Origin: Lepidodermella squamata
Taxonomy: Eukaryota; Animalia; Gastrotricha
Assembly: GCA_047495785.1 (NCBI GenBank)
Contig: JBLDXI010000042.1
Coordinates: 744,001-808,000 of the forward strand
Length of the DNA: 64,000 nt
Reading direction: 5' to 3'
Shown here: piece by piece, positions 1 through 10,767 of the stretch
Layout: every line of letters starts with the position of its first letter
Position numbering within the stretch: position 1 is the first letter of the stretch
Translations under genes and position numbers: made by a program
The notes under the pieces: model-generated
Told to the model about the DNA's origin: nothing
Databases searched by the model: none
The model's input: the letters and a program-made list of their open reading frames with translations, nothing else

Positions 1-467
1 TGAAAGTGAAAACCATCGAACTCAACATATTATCCTATATATTTGTTTTTTATAATGTCTGTTATCTATTTACAAATTCAACGACCGACGATACACGCTA
101 TGAATCTTTAATCCGCGGAGTCGGTCAAAATTAAAATTATAAATTGTTTCAATAAGTATCCTCAGTCAACCGTTTTTTATGACGAGCGATGAGACCATGC
201 CATTAGCAAGAATTCTCATAATTCTTGATTATACCAAAAGCTTCAAATTGTCCGCAATAATCTTCTCTCGCTTCAATTTATTTTCAAGCAAAGATGAATT
301 GTCTCACAAACACAACACATTTCAGGGAGCCGATCTCACTGTATTCGATCGCTACTTGATTTCGCTCACTACTCGTTGTACTGTTCTACTCGAACGATGC
401 TTGTTCTAGATTACTAGCCTGATGATGAGTACGCGGTACCCGAAAAGTCTCTCCACTCGAGAGAGTA

Positions 468-776
468 GGGCAAAATGGCCGACGGATAAGTGTAGGCCAT
501 GACCCGGCGGTCCTTTTGACACCGAATTTGGGGACTCGAGGTCTGAGCAGGTATTTGAATAAATGACAGTGAAAAAACGTCGAAATTTTGGATTAGAGCC
601 AAGAAGCAGACCCGAGAATTGGACCTAATTATTAGACCCAGATTATGGCGCAACAATCAAAATTTCACTCTTTTTGCAAGTTGATTTCTGTGCGTTCCTT
701 GAAGTCTTTGGCCCCCGAATTCGGTGTCAAGAACCGCCGGGTCATGGCCTAGACTTATCCGTCGGCTATTTTGCCC
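468..776. repeat. Inverted repeat (~65-bp arms), probable MITE relic
   Basis: gggcaaaatggccgacggataagtgtaggccatgacccggcgg... at 468 is the near-perfect reverse complement of ...ccgccgggtcatggcctagacttatccgtcggctattttgccc ending at 776. Confidence 0.7.
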
Positions 777-840
777 AACGGCGCATCGTTGACCAGAAAA
801 AAGGACGTTTCGACAGACCCAGGAATTGGATCCAATTATC

Positions 841-2059
841 CAGGGGCGTAACCAGGAATTTGTTTTGGTAGTTGTTATGGATCTCACGCAGGGGCGTAAC
901 CAGCCTCTCACGGTTGGGGTGGCCTAGGTCATATTTTCTGGGTGCGCTCAAGGATCCGAGAGCTATCAGTAACGGAAAAGAATTGTTGCTTTCTTAAAAT
1001 GAATTGAAATTTGAACTAAAACTGGAGCGAAGCGAGAAGGTTTTGAAGATTTGTCTCTCAGAAATACTCCGAAACCTCTCAAAACTATGGAATTTTCCAG
1101 TAATCAACCTGCCCACTAAATAAAAAAAACTAAATTACTGAATATGCGAGCGAAGCGAGCTTTAGCTAACGGTTTTTATTTCTTTTCCACCTCAGAATTA
1201 GCCTGAAAATGCTTCAAAATTCGACGAAAAAAAATACCGTAAACTACAGTATATAGGCCGCATCCTGAATAAAGACCGCACCCGAATAATCGCCGCAAAA
1301 TAGCCCTATTTTCATCAATTCAGCATAAATAAAGGCCGCGCGCGAATAATCGCCGCACCTAAGCACGTGATCAACAGCCACCCAGGCGAATCGCCAGATG
1401 GCACCCCCACTGCGACTCCTACCGCTACGCCGACCTACTCCCTACTCACAAGGTGACGTCGAGGAGGCGGATTTTCCGAAGAGCCGCGCGTGAATTGGCG
1501 GCGCAAGCCCCTTGTTACACCTGTTACGCCTGCTACAAGTCAAGTTTTGAAAAATTGAGGGAAATAAAGGCCGCACTCGAATAATCGCCGCACTCGTATA
1601 ATCGCCGCACTTTTTGCCTCTTTTTCGAAAATCAGGAAAATTAGTCGCCGCGGCCTTTATACTGTAGTTTACGGTATATTTGACATCAATTGTACACCTT
1701 CCATGGGTATTACACCCCCTAGTTTGAAAGACATCGATTTCGAGAAGTACGAAGTACACAACAGTTCACTTTTTGCAATTGTTCCGGATGGTAGGGCCTG
1801 TGCCCCGGGCGCCGGCTAGTTACGCCCAGGGTGGAATATTGATATTTCCCGGGAAAATTCAAGGTCGATGAGTGCGGGTTTTCAATACGAAATATGGACA
1901 CTATCGGAATTTCGAGCGTAGCGAGAAATTATGTGCAATTTTGCAAACATTTCCTCCATTTTGTAAGCAATTTTAGGCATTTTAGGCCGAAGAGGGGTTT
2001 TCAGTTTTCATTTTGGTAGTTGTTTGAACAACCAAAACAACCAGCTGGTTACGCCACTG
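841..2059. mobile_element. Non-autonomous hAT-type DNA transposon
   Basis: TIRs caggggcgtaaccag / ctggttacgccactg; perfect 8-bp TSD caattatc at 833-840 and 2060-2067; no transposase ORF. Confidence 0.8.
1237..1674. mobile_element. Tc1/mariner (pogo/Tigger-like) MITE nested in the hAT element
   Basis: TIR ccgtaaactacagtata(t/a)aggccgc at both ends, TA on both flanks, internal gaataatcgccgca repeats. Confidence 0.8.
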
Positions 2060-2405
2060 CAATTATCGGATCTCGCAGTCTATTTTTGGCAATTAAAGTG
2101 TTAACGAAAACGAAAAGCTTTTTATTTTGTCCTTTTTTCCAGATAAAACGAACGAAAATGTACAATTTGGAAGGTAAGAAAAAAAGGCGCAGGCACATCA
2201 CGAAAAGGCGCTTGTCCGGGACAGTGCGCCACTCATAACACCGGACGGGCACATACTGAAATTATCACAAGGAGCGGAATTATCAGACACAGCAGAAGAC
2301 AGAAGGCTAGTGATTAGTGGTAGGACAGCAGAGACGGAAGGTAGAGGACGGGAGAAGAAGAAACAAGGAAATAAGCAGGAAGGATAAGAAGAAAGAGGAG
2401 AGAGA

Positions 2406-5249
2406 CTAACATTGTGGGACAGGGAGCGGGCCGGGCGGCAGGCGAGCGTTGAGAAGGAAGACAGGCGACTTCACAGGCGGCGACGCGGAAAGCCGAACAT
2501 TCTCGATGTCTTCGCGAAGCGGCAGCACAAAGCGTACGACGTTGTCGGCATAGCGGCACTGGACGGCTTTTAAGTGCGAGGACAGACTGGGCAGGCGACA
2601 GCGCTGCTCCAGCGCACTAACACGAACACGATCATCGAGACGGACATGGAGAATGGCGCGCAGACAGTTATTCTGAAGCACGTCTAGGTGGCGGAGCTGC
2701 GTCTTCGCAGCAGACGCAAAGGAAACGAAGCCGAAGGTGGCGATGGAACGGACGAGCGCCAGGTAGGCGGTGCGGCGCCACCGAAAAGACAGCCCTGGCC
2801 GGCTAACAACCGAGCGGAACCACGACAGATTCTTCCCACAGCGATGGAGCACATGGTCGACATGGGGCTTCCAGGTCAACTTCTCATCGAACAGAATGCC
2901 CAGAATTCGAAGTACAGAGACTTGCGGGATGACAGTGCCGCCAAGCACGAGCCTCACACCGGGGGGACGACGGGAGAATGCGATAACCTCACTCTTTGCG
3001 GCGTTGAATTGCTGCCGCCACAGGCAGGCCCAAGCGGCGACGCGATCGACTTCCGCCTGAGCACACATCTCAGCTTCGGGGAACGAGGCACCAGAACCGA
3101 CAACCGTCAGGTCATCAGCATAGGCATCCAAGTCACAGCCAGGGGCACTGGGGGTCCGGAGAAGATCGCTAGTGTAGATGACATAGAGTAGGGGCGACAG
3201 CGGGGAACCTTGCGGCACGCCGCACTGCAGCTGGACCTGTCTGCTCAGAAAACCCGCAACGCGAGCTTGCAACTTTCGATCTCGAAGATAGTCGGCGAGC
3301 CATCAGACCAGGTTACGCGGGAGGGGCAACTGGCCAAGCTTGTAGACGAGACCGGCATGCCAGACCGAGTCGTATGCGGCCTTGACATCCAGGCCGACAA
3401 CTACCACCTTGCGCTTATCCACACGAGCCTTGTGCACCCTGTGGGCCACGCGGACAGGGACGTCCACCGCAGACCGGTGCTCACGAAACGCGAATTGATT
3501 ATCCGGCAATAGATGTTGGTCCTCCAGCACCTGGCTCACCCAGCGGGCGATGATTGCCTCGAGAATCTTGCCGTCAGTAGGGAGTAACGAAATAGGCCGC
3601 TGCGAGGACACCGCAGCCCTTGGCTTGCCGGACTTCGGCACCGCCACAGCCACAGCTTCCTTCCAATCAGGCAAGGCGAAACCACTGCCGAGACACATGT
3701 TGTACAGCCGCCTGAGGTGAATCTGCAGGGGAACACCGCCCCACTTGTAGTAGACATTGCCGATGCCATCGAGCCCAGGCGCCTTGAAAGGCTGCAGCCG
3801 ATCGATCTCACGCGCTAGCATTCGTTGGCTGACGCTAAAGTCATGAGGCCCAGGGAGCCGAATCACACCGACTGGCTGCAAGGCCGGGTCGTTGGCCATC
3901 GCATGTTCCAGCTCGAGCCACCGCTGACGCGTTGCCGCATCGGCGGCCGGATCACAGTAGGGATACATCGGGGCGATAAAGTGAGTGAGTAGCTCGTCGG
4001 CCAGAGTCACGGACGGGTGGAGGATACTACCGTCAGGGAGCGTCATGGGCCCACACGTGCGGGGCTGCTGGTGCCGGTCAAGTTGGCGCAGGCGCACCCA
4101 AGCTTCGCGGTAACGAAGTTGTCCAGATAGCGCTTCGACCTGCCGCAGATTGGCCACGTCACGACGAAAGGCGTGCCGCTCCTTCGCATCTCGGAACGCA
4201 TCGTCCAGACGCCGCAGTTCGGCCGCAAGAACGGGGTCAACATGGCCACGGATTGCCCGCTCCAGTACTCGCTTCTGCTTAAGAAGGACTCGCATCTCGG
4301 AGGACAGAGAAATCTTTTTTAATTCGCTACGGTCGCAGAGGGGAACATGAAGCCGACGCGCCTCAGCCAGAGAAGCGTTAATAGCGCGGCGATAAGTCGT
4401 CAGGCGGGCTTGCGGATCGCCAACCTGAGGAAGAGCAATAGCGGCGAGTAGCGTCCAGAGCGTGCGTTGGTAGCCATGGCGATCGGCCCGAGATAAATCG
4501 AATCGAAGGGCAGGCTCAGGGTCGGGCAGACGCCGCCTCACCCCGAGTACGGGGACGTCGAAACGAGTGGAAGTGCTAAAGTGGTCGCTGTTGAATCTGT
4601 CGCCGACGGACACGTCACCGGTGAGCAGGCAAAGGGCAGCGGCGTTGAGGACCCACACGTCAAGCGTAGACAGACTACCAGTTCTCAGATCGATGTGCGT
4701 AGGAGCAGAGCGTAACACAGTTAACCCGAGCCGAGTGGCGACATGGTGAAGCTTGTATCCATTAGGGTTCCACAGGTCAGTAGTGCCCCAGAGCGGAGAT
4801 TTCGCATTGAGGTCACCTGCAAAAACGCAAGGTGTGAGATCGGCAGTCGCCTCTTCAAATTCGCGTTCGAGAAATCGCAAGTCTAAATCGGAAGACGGTG
4901 GACAGTAGCCGGTGACGAGTCGAAGGGCCGCAGCACGAGGATCAGGGACAACGTCGAGACGGAGCCATTCGCTACGCTTGCGACCCACAAGCGCCAGTTT
5001 GCGCTCGCTAAGGACAGTGACGCCCTCCCGAACGAGGAAGGCCGCTCCACCGCACGACCCCCTGTACAGCAGTTCGTCCGGGGCCTGCTCCCTATCACAC
5101 CTAAAGACAGCGAAATGATCGAAGAACACAGAAGAGAGAGAGAAGTAATAGGTTTCACTTAAAAATACAAACAAAGCATCAATTAAGTCAGATAAATACG
5201 TTATTTCGACAGGCTTGCCATTGGCACCCTGAGGGTTCCACTGCAGCAT
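2406..5249 (-). pseudogene. LINE ORF2 (AP endonuclease + reverse transcriptase) with a single in-frame TGA at 3303-3305
   Basis: EN motifs QWN, LSET, GDLNA, SDH; RT motifs KAPGLDGI, RPISLL, LDVKAAYDSVWH, GVPQGSPLSP, YADD; ORF pieces 3303..5852 and 2406..3272 share a frame (PRNLV*WLADYL). Confidence 0.9.
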
Positions 5250-5265
5250 AGAGACGGGAATGAGC

Positions 5266-6804
5266 TCAGTTGTCGTCATAGCGGTACGAGCCGGTGCCAT
5301 CCATCCGCTGGTCGTTGCCGCCACTGTGGAGGTCGTAGACTTCATTGGACAGGTGAGCCAACGATTCTTCGAGGTCCCTACGCCAGGCGACCTGGTTAGC
5401 GCGATCAGCCGCGACGGCGTCAGACAGGGCGTGCAGTTGTAGCTGGATATTCTTGAGCAGAGAAGAGATGCCCGCAACAGCAGCACTGAGCTGTGCAGAA
5501 GAAGACGACTCGGCGCCGGGGGGAACCACGGGACCAGAGAGAGGCGTAGCCGGCGTCGACGGCGGCGGCGGCGGCGGCGCAGCGGTGTGAGCAAAGCTGC
5601 GACCCGGGGTGACGTGGGACGACCTACCACCACCATGCCGAATGCTGGCAGCCGCGGCAAGCTTGTCGAGCTTGGCAGCAGCGTGAGCACGTCGGGATTC
5701 GATCTCAGCCGACTGGGCGGCCTTGAATGCGGGGCAGCCGCGCCAGGTGCAGAAATGCTTCGGAGCCCCGCCATCGGGACAGTTGCAGCAATGAGCTTCC
5801 GCGAGGGTTGCTTCACACTTCTCAGTAGGGTGTTTCTGAGCGCAACGGCCACACTTTACCGGGGTACCGGGCGGGCAGTCGATGGTAACATGCCCATACC
5901 GGTTGCACTTACGACACTTTGACGGCAACACAGGGGGGCGAAGAGGCCGAACTCTGACGCGTCGGTTCAACCACTTGAGGCCATTATCGCGTGCATCTTC
6001 GTAGCCTTCTTTATTCGCGAAAACAATGACCCGGGTGGGGGGACGATGGGGATTCTTTGCTGGCAAATCACGAATTTCCTCGACATAGTCAGGCGAGAGG
6101 TGGGCCCGCAGATCGTCAACAGAGTAGCAGGCCGACAGACGCGAGGTCAGCACGGTACGGTGTTCTTTCTCTACTGCAGGAGGCAAGGGACGAGTAGAAT
6201 CTGGCTCACCGGGGCGATGAACACGGTAGTTAGACCCTCTGAAGGCACCGGCGACAAGGTCCCTCTTCAGGAGGCGATCCGCTGCAGCCGGCGTGGAGCA
6301 GATGACCCGAAGGCCACCACTCCGCATGTCGACCGCCGCTTGATACTCGAGCCAGGGCGCAGCGCGAACTAGCTCGGGCTCGAGCTCACTTCGAGACATG
6401 CCAAAGACATTATCAATGATAACCACGCGTTTGCTAACAGGGTTAGACGGGGCCGGTGCTTGACGAGCCGGGCCGACAGGAGCACCACGAGGGGGCAGAG
6501 TTGGCGGCTGGTTGGTGACCGGCGGAGAAGACGACGACGCCCGAAGCGCCGGAAAATCGGCGTCGGCATCCATGCGGTCGACGGAGGACGACGGAGAGGC
6601 ATCGGCACTGCGGTGCTGTAGGATGAGTGCTTGGACCTCGGCGATGGCAGCGGCCGAGAGGCCCTTCACATTGAGTTTCCTCGGCAGCTTCGCGCCGTCA
6701 GTGGCAGACGACGGTGGGTCCGGTTTTGACTTCTTCTGCTGAATGCCCCCATCGGGCGGGCGGCTTCGGCGGCGACCGGAGGGCGGTCTGCCGTTTTCAG
6801 CCAT
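5266..6804 (-). CDS. LINE ORF1 gag-like nucleic-acid-binding protein
   Basis: Three zinc knuckles (CRKCNRYGHVTIDC, CGRCAQKHPTEKC, CCNC...H...C) after an RRM-like region; likely ATG at 6804. Confidence 0.88.
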   Translation of the reverse strand: MAENGRPPSGRRRSRPPDGGIQQKKSKPDPPSSATDGAKLPRKLNVKGLSAAAIAEVQALILQHRSADASPSSSVDRMDADADFPALRASSSSPPVTNQPPTLPPRGAPVGPARQAPAPSNPVSKRVVIIDNVFGMSRSELEPELVRAAPWLEYQAAVDMRSGGLRVICSTPAAADRLLKRDLVAGAFRGSNYRVHRPGEPDSTRPLPPAVEKEHRTVLTSRLSACYSVDDLRAHLSPDYVEEIRDLPAKNPHRPPTRVIVFANKEGYEDARDNGLKWLNRRVRVRPLRPPVLPSKCRKCNRYGHVTIDCPPGTPVKCGRCAQKHPTEKCEATLAEAHCCNCPDGGAPKHFCTWRGCPAFKAAQSAEIESRRAHAAAKLDKLAAAASIRHGGGRSSHVTPGRSFAHTAAPPPPPPSTPATPLSGPVVPPGAESSSSAQLSAAVAGISSLLKNIQLQLHALSDAVAADRANQVAWRRDLEESLAHLSNEVYDLHSGGNDQRMDGTGSYRYDDN

Positions 6805-7066
6805 ATAATCAGTAAGTAATGTGTCGCTGAATAGCACAGACGATCACCAACAATTTTAACGTAAAACTGTTAAATACTCATGGATGCCTTTCTAATTCAT
6901 GGAGACGCTTTCTACTGAAGCCAATTTACTTCGGTGAAAAAACCAAAAAAGGTGTTGAATATTGCAAAACTGAAACGAGAAGTTCAGTTTCATAACAGTG
7001 ACATGCTGTAATTTTTTCACGGCAGAAAACGCATTGTTTGTAATTTGATGATGAATGCATGCCGCC

Positions 7067-7498
7067 TCATCCCGATCGCCTGGTCGTCGTCGTAGCCGTC
7101 CGTCTGCCACATGCGCATTCCGATGCAATTCCGCACCACGTTGACACGGCATTTTTGTTCGCGATGGCCCGGCACGATCCGGAATCATGCGGCCCGCCTT
7201 TTGCACAGCCATTCGCGCAGTACGAGTTGCAATCACAGCAGCCTTTCCGCACACAGTTCAACGATCGCCAAGCTGCGCGGATGCAACGGTTGTCGCACGA
7301 CTGGTTGGGGCGGTCGCCGCATACAGTCTTATAGGCCGCTTTAATATCGGGCCGCACAAATGTCATATACACGTCGAGGGCGTTCAGGACATGTGGGCAT
7401 GATCTAGCAATGTAATACATGAAGTCGTCAACAGCATCGCAAGCGGCCAGATGTGGGCCACAAACGGCAGCAAGTAGCAAAATAGCAACAACTTTCAT
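7067..7498 (-). CDS. Secreted cysteine-rich protein of unknown family (intronless)
   Basis: Signal peptide MKVVAILLLAAVCG; 14 Cys in the mature region; TATAAAA on the minus strand at ~7541-7547. Confidence 0.7.
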   Translation of the reverse strand: MKVVAILLLAAVCGPHLAACDAVDDFMYYIARSCPHVLNALDVYMTFVRPDIKAAYKTVCGDRPNQSCDNRCIRAAWRSLNCVRKGCCDCNSYCANGCAKGGPHDSGSCRAIANKNAVSTWCGIASECACGRRTATTTTRRSG

Positions 7499-8643
7499 TG
7501 CCAAGCAGATTGCATGGTGGAAAGCTCATAATCGGCCAGCTTTTATAGCCGAGTTGTTTTGATGTTTCTTACTTCTATCTGGAAGCTTCTACTAGTCCGC
7601 GTCCGAAATTTCTAATTTGGGAAGTTTTGTCGGAAGCTATTACGAATGACCGCAATTACGGAGACAAACAGAGCCAACGGCAGGATTTTTTTACATGCGA
7701 TGCGTGTTGGTGTCAATGCTTTTCCACGCTCGTCTCTCCTTTAACACCAGATGTACATGCCAAGTATCTATTTTTGTTACTTTTGTCGCCAGTTTAAAGT
7801 CGTGATGATATAGCCAACGGCGGTTTCTATACACGATTCTTGATTCCCAAGGCACTTCGTATGCCAAACTGGGGTGAAAGTAATGTGGAGTGAAAAGTGA
7901 AAACAAGAACTGCAGTTGGATAGAAAAACCCCGCTCCTAAAGAGTGAGGACGAGGAGGCGAGGGCGATCGAATCGTTTGTTGAATAAGCTCAAGCTTTCT
8001 GTTGTAAACAATTAAATGTTAGTAGAGGGCCTGGAAAAATTCCAACTTCAAGGCTTTACTCATAAAAAATTAAAACTCGAACGACTATTCAACACGACGC
8101 TACGCTACAAAATAATGCAAAAATATCAGGAGTTTTTTTATGATGTCGGCCGATTCAGAGATTGATTGCTTAGGTTGACTGTAGCATTGCTTTCTTTGTA
8201 GTCGATGACAATTAGGAAATATGAGAGCGACAAACAGCTGAAATTCAAAATATTCTTTATTTCCGGTCTGAATAAAATAGTCAATAAATGGGTCAATCGA
8301 TAAACTAGGGGTATCTAGACTTAATCTTCTGTTTACTATCGGTTTCTTCTATGGAAACTTCGCGAATAATCGAAAAACCTATAAGTAAGTTATAACATAA
8401 TTTTTCGAGGGCCGCGTGACTCTCTTGCGAGTGACTTTCGGCTGCGCAACAACGTTGTTACCAACCTGTGCGCTAAAATTAAATTTTAAACGCCGTTTGT
8501 AAAAAAATACTGTACCATGCCATGCCCATAAAAAATTTAACAGTTCTTAACCTGACTTGCGCGTGTAATATAAGCGACTTTAATGTACCGAGTTGCAAAA
8601 AAACACAGTTATTTGTATCTTCTCTGCGAAAAATCGTGCATAA

Positions 8644-9699
8644 ATGAATGTGCCCTTTCTCAGAGTATTCGCTGGTTTCTTTATTGCTTTCCTGATTTTT
8701 GCATTTATTTTCGGGCATGAAAGTCAACAAATACTCTGGGGCAGCTATATCGAGCTCCATTTAACGAAGGGGAACAGTAAAACTACTACAACAGAACGAA
8801 ATCACTGTCAAATTGATTGCGATTTCGACGAATTAGACGCTTTGTTAATCGCGATAGCTTCGAGAAATTCAACAAAAATCCCGAAAATACTACATCAAAC
8901 CTGGAAAACCAGCAACACATTGCCTGAAAAGTATGCAAAATACCGGTCGAATTGGATGAAAATGCACTCGCATTGGACGCATGTGCTATGGACGGATGAA
9001 ATGAATAGGAAATTGGTCCAGCGCGGCTATCCTTGGTATTTGGACTTTTACGACAACCTTCAAGTTGGCGTCATGCGATCCGACGTAAGCCGTATTCTCT
9101 ACATGCATCGATACGGCGGGATGTACGCAGATCTCGATACTGAACCTCTCCAACCTATAGATCCTTTGATCGATCAAGCCGAGAAGCCTGTTCTGTTAGG
9201 TTATATGATGGACGTGTACAGAGATCATCACGACAAGCAGTTTCTACCAGCTTCGTTAATGTTGGCGAAACCAGGCCATCTTCTCTTTTCGATCGCGTTG
9301 TCCCAATTTCTATACCAGCGGAAAAAGTTCCCGCTACCTGGGACGAAACCCGAGTTCGTAACGGGCCCAACGGGATTTTTCAACGCAATAGAGGACTATA
9401 TGGCTGCTTACAAACAAATGACTGGGGAAGATACTGATGCCTCGCCGAAAAAGCTCTCAAATGATATCTACGACTTGAAGGTATTTCCATCGAAGGTACT
9501 CCAGCCTTACTCTTGGGCGCAGAAGGCTGAGGATATTGGCAAGGTTTGCGAGGGTCGTTCGCCTGATTTCAACGAGGATCTCTGCAAATCTAGATTTGGC
9601 AAAGAGTCGTTCACTATTCAGTATTCCAGTCAATCGTGGGAAAAGGACTGGCGCGATCATATTAGCAAACACGAACAGTTTTATCCTGATTTATTTTAA
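8644..9699 (+). CDS. GT32-family DXD glycosyltransferase (SUR1/OCH1-like), type II membrane, intronless
   Basis: N-terminal TM; IPKILHQTWK, RSDVSRILYMHRYGGMYADLD, TGP motifs; AATAAA at ~9731. Confidence 0.9.
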   Translation: MNVPFLRVFAGFFIAFLIFAFIFGHESQQILWGSYIELHLTKGNSKTTTTERNHCQIDCDFDELDALLIAIASRNSTKIPKILHQTWKTSNTLPEKYAKYRSNWMKMHSHWTHVLWTDEMNRKLVQRGYPWYLDFYDNLQVGVMRSDVSRILYMHRYGGMYADLDTEPLQPIDPLIDQAEKPVLLGYMMDVYRDHHDKQFLPASLMLAKPGHLLFSIALSQFLYQRKKFPLPGTKPEFVTGPTGFFNAIEDYMAAYKQMTGEDTDASPKKLSNDIYDLKVFPSKVLQPYSWAQKAEDIGKVCEGRSPDFNEDLCKSRFGKESFTIQYSSQSWEKDWRDHISKHEQFYPDLF

Positions 9700-10767
9700 A
9701 ATGATGTTTTATTTGTTTGCAGAAGAAATCAATAAAACAAGATGTATCTTGTCCAGTGCTCTTATTGCCTTTTTGTCGACTTGTTTCATCCCATAACCAA
9801 TGTGACTAACTCGATGCGAAATATCCAACATATCTAAATGTATTTTACCCTCCTTGTGGCCTTGACCGTTGACTCTCCTATCGCATAAATGTGTTGTATA
9901 TTGTATATCAGGCCGCCAAACGATCGTGTAGACTCCAAACATGTGCTAGACCGAAAAAGAACGAAAATTAAACCCGCCGTTTCATCTATCTCAGAAGATT
10001 TTGGCGCATTATTGATTGGGAAATCAATAGTGCAAAAAAGCCACAAAAGCGATAAAAGTAGTTCGTCCCTTGCAGCTCCAAGATCCTGGCTTGGTGCAGT
10101 GTCAAATAACCTGACGCTTAATTGTACGCCAAACCGATTTCTATTTTGAATATCAATATTCAAATATTAAGACCCATCGCGCGAAGCAGGATCTTCGAAC
10201 TAGGCGGAATTTGCAGACCAAAAATGATCAAAGGGTCCTCCCTGTAGTCTTCATGGTGTTTTCCACATTGGCCTGCTGAACTGGGGCTACGATAACCCTC
10301 GTTCACCCCGTACTTCGCGCCCTGTTTAGTGCTCCCATCTTCCCCAAAAGGACGCGAAAGACCCCCCGCTTAGGGTAAGTGTGAAGACAGCAAAAGAGAA
10401 AATGAAATGACTCAAACCCTTTATCGACCAGCGAGAAAACAGCACTCAAGTTCAGATATCAATAATAGAAGAGACGTCGGGATTCTGCTTTTAAAGTACG
10501 CAGTGCCGTTCCTGCAACAGGCACTTTCAAAGATTCAGCCAATGAGCTAGTCTAAACTGTCCAAAAATCTTCACATTGTTGTTACTCTACGGTTAAAAGT
10601 CTGAAATCAACAAGCAATCATGATCCCGCGCCAACAATGACTAAAATCAGTCGATTTCAACCATGTCGCTTTTCCAGGTCAAATCTACCATACTCGAAAA
10701 CAACAACACTCACGTTCAGATATCAATAATAAAACAGGCGTCGAGAACTTTCGACTAGCCATTATAA

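Larger units (their letters stand above)
2105..6867 (-). mobile_element. Full-length non-LTR retrotransposon (I/Jockey group LINE)
   Basis: ORF1 gag-like plus ORF2 endonuclease-RT; pyrimidine-rich 3' UTR; AATAAA followed by a (TTTCG)-like tail; candidate TSD tgttaa at 2099-2104 and 6868-6873; GC-rich relative to flanks. Confidence 0.92.

Noticed and set aside
5250-5852. N-terminal 200 aa of the 849-aa ORF with a poly-Arg run
   Set aside because: Alternative-frame overlap of the Pro-rich end of LINE ORF1; ORF2 homology begins at MLQWN (5249)
2688-6742. Numerous plus-strand ORFs over the LINE
   Set aside because: Antisense shadows of GC-rich coding sequence
9834-10163. 109-aa minus-strand ORF with hydrophobic patches
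   Set aside because: No ATG start, motif or splice support; adjacent to a repeat
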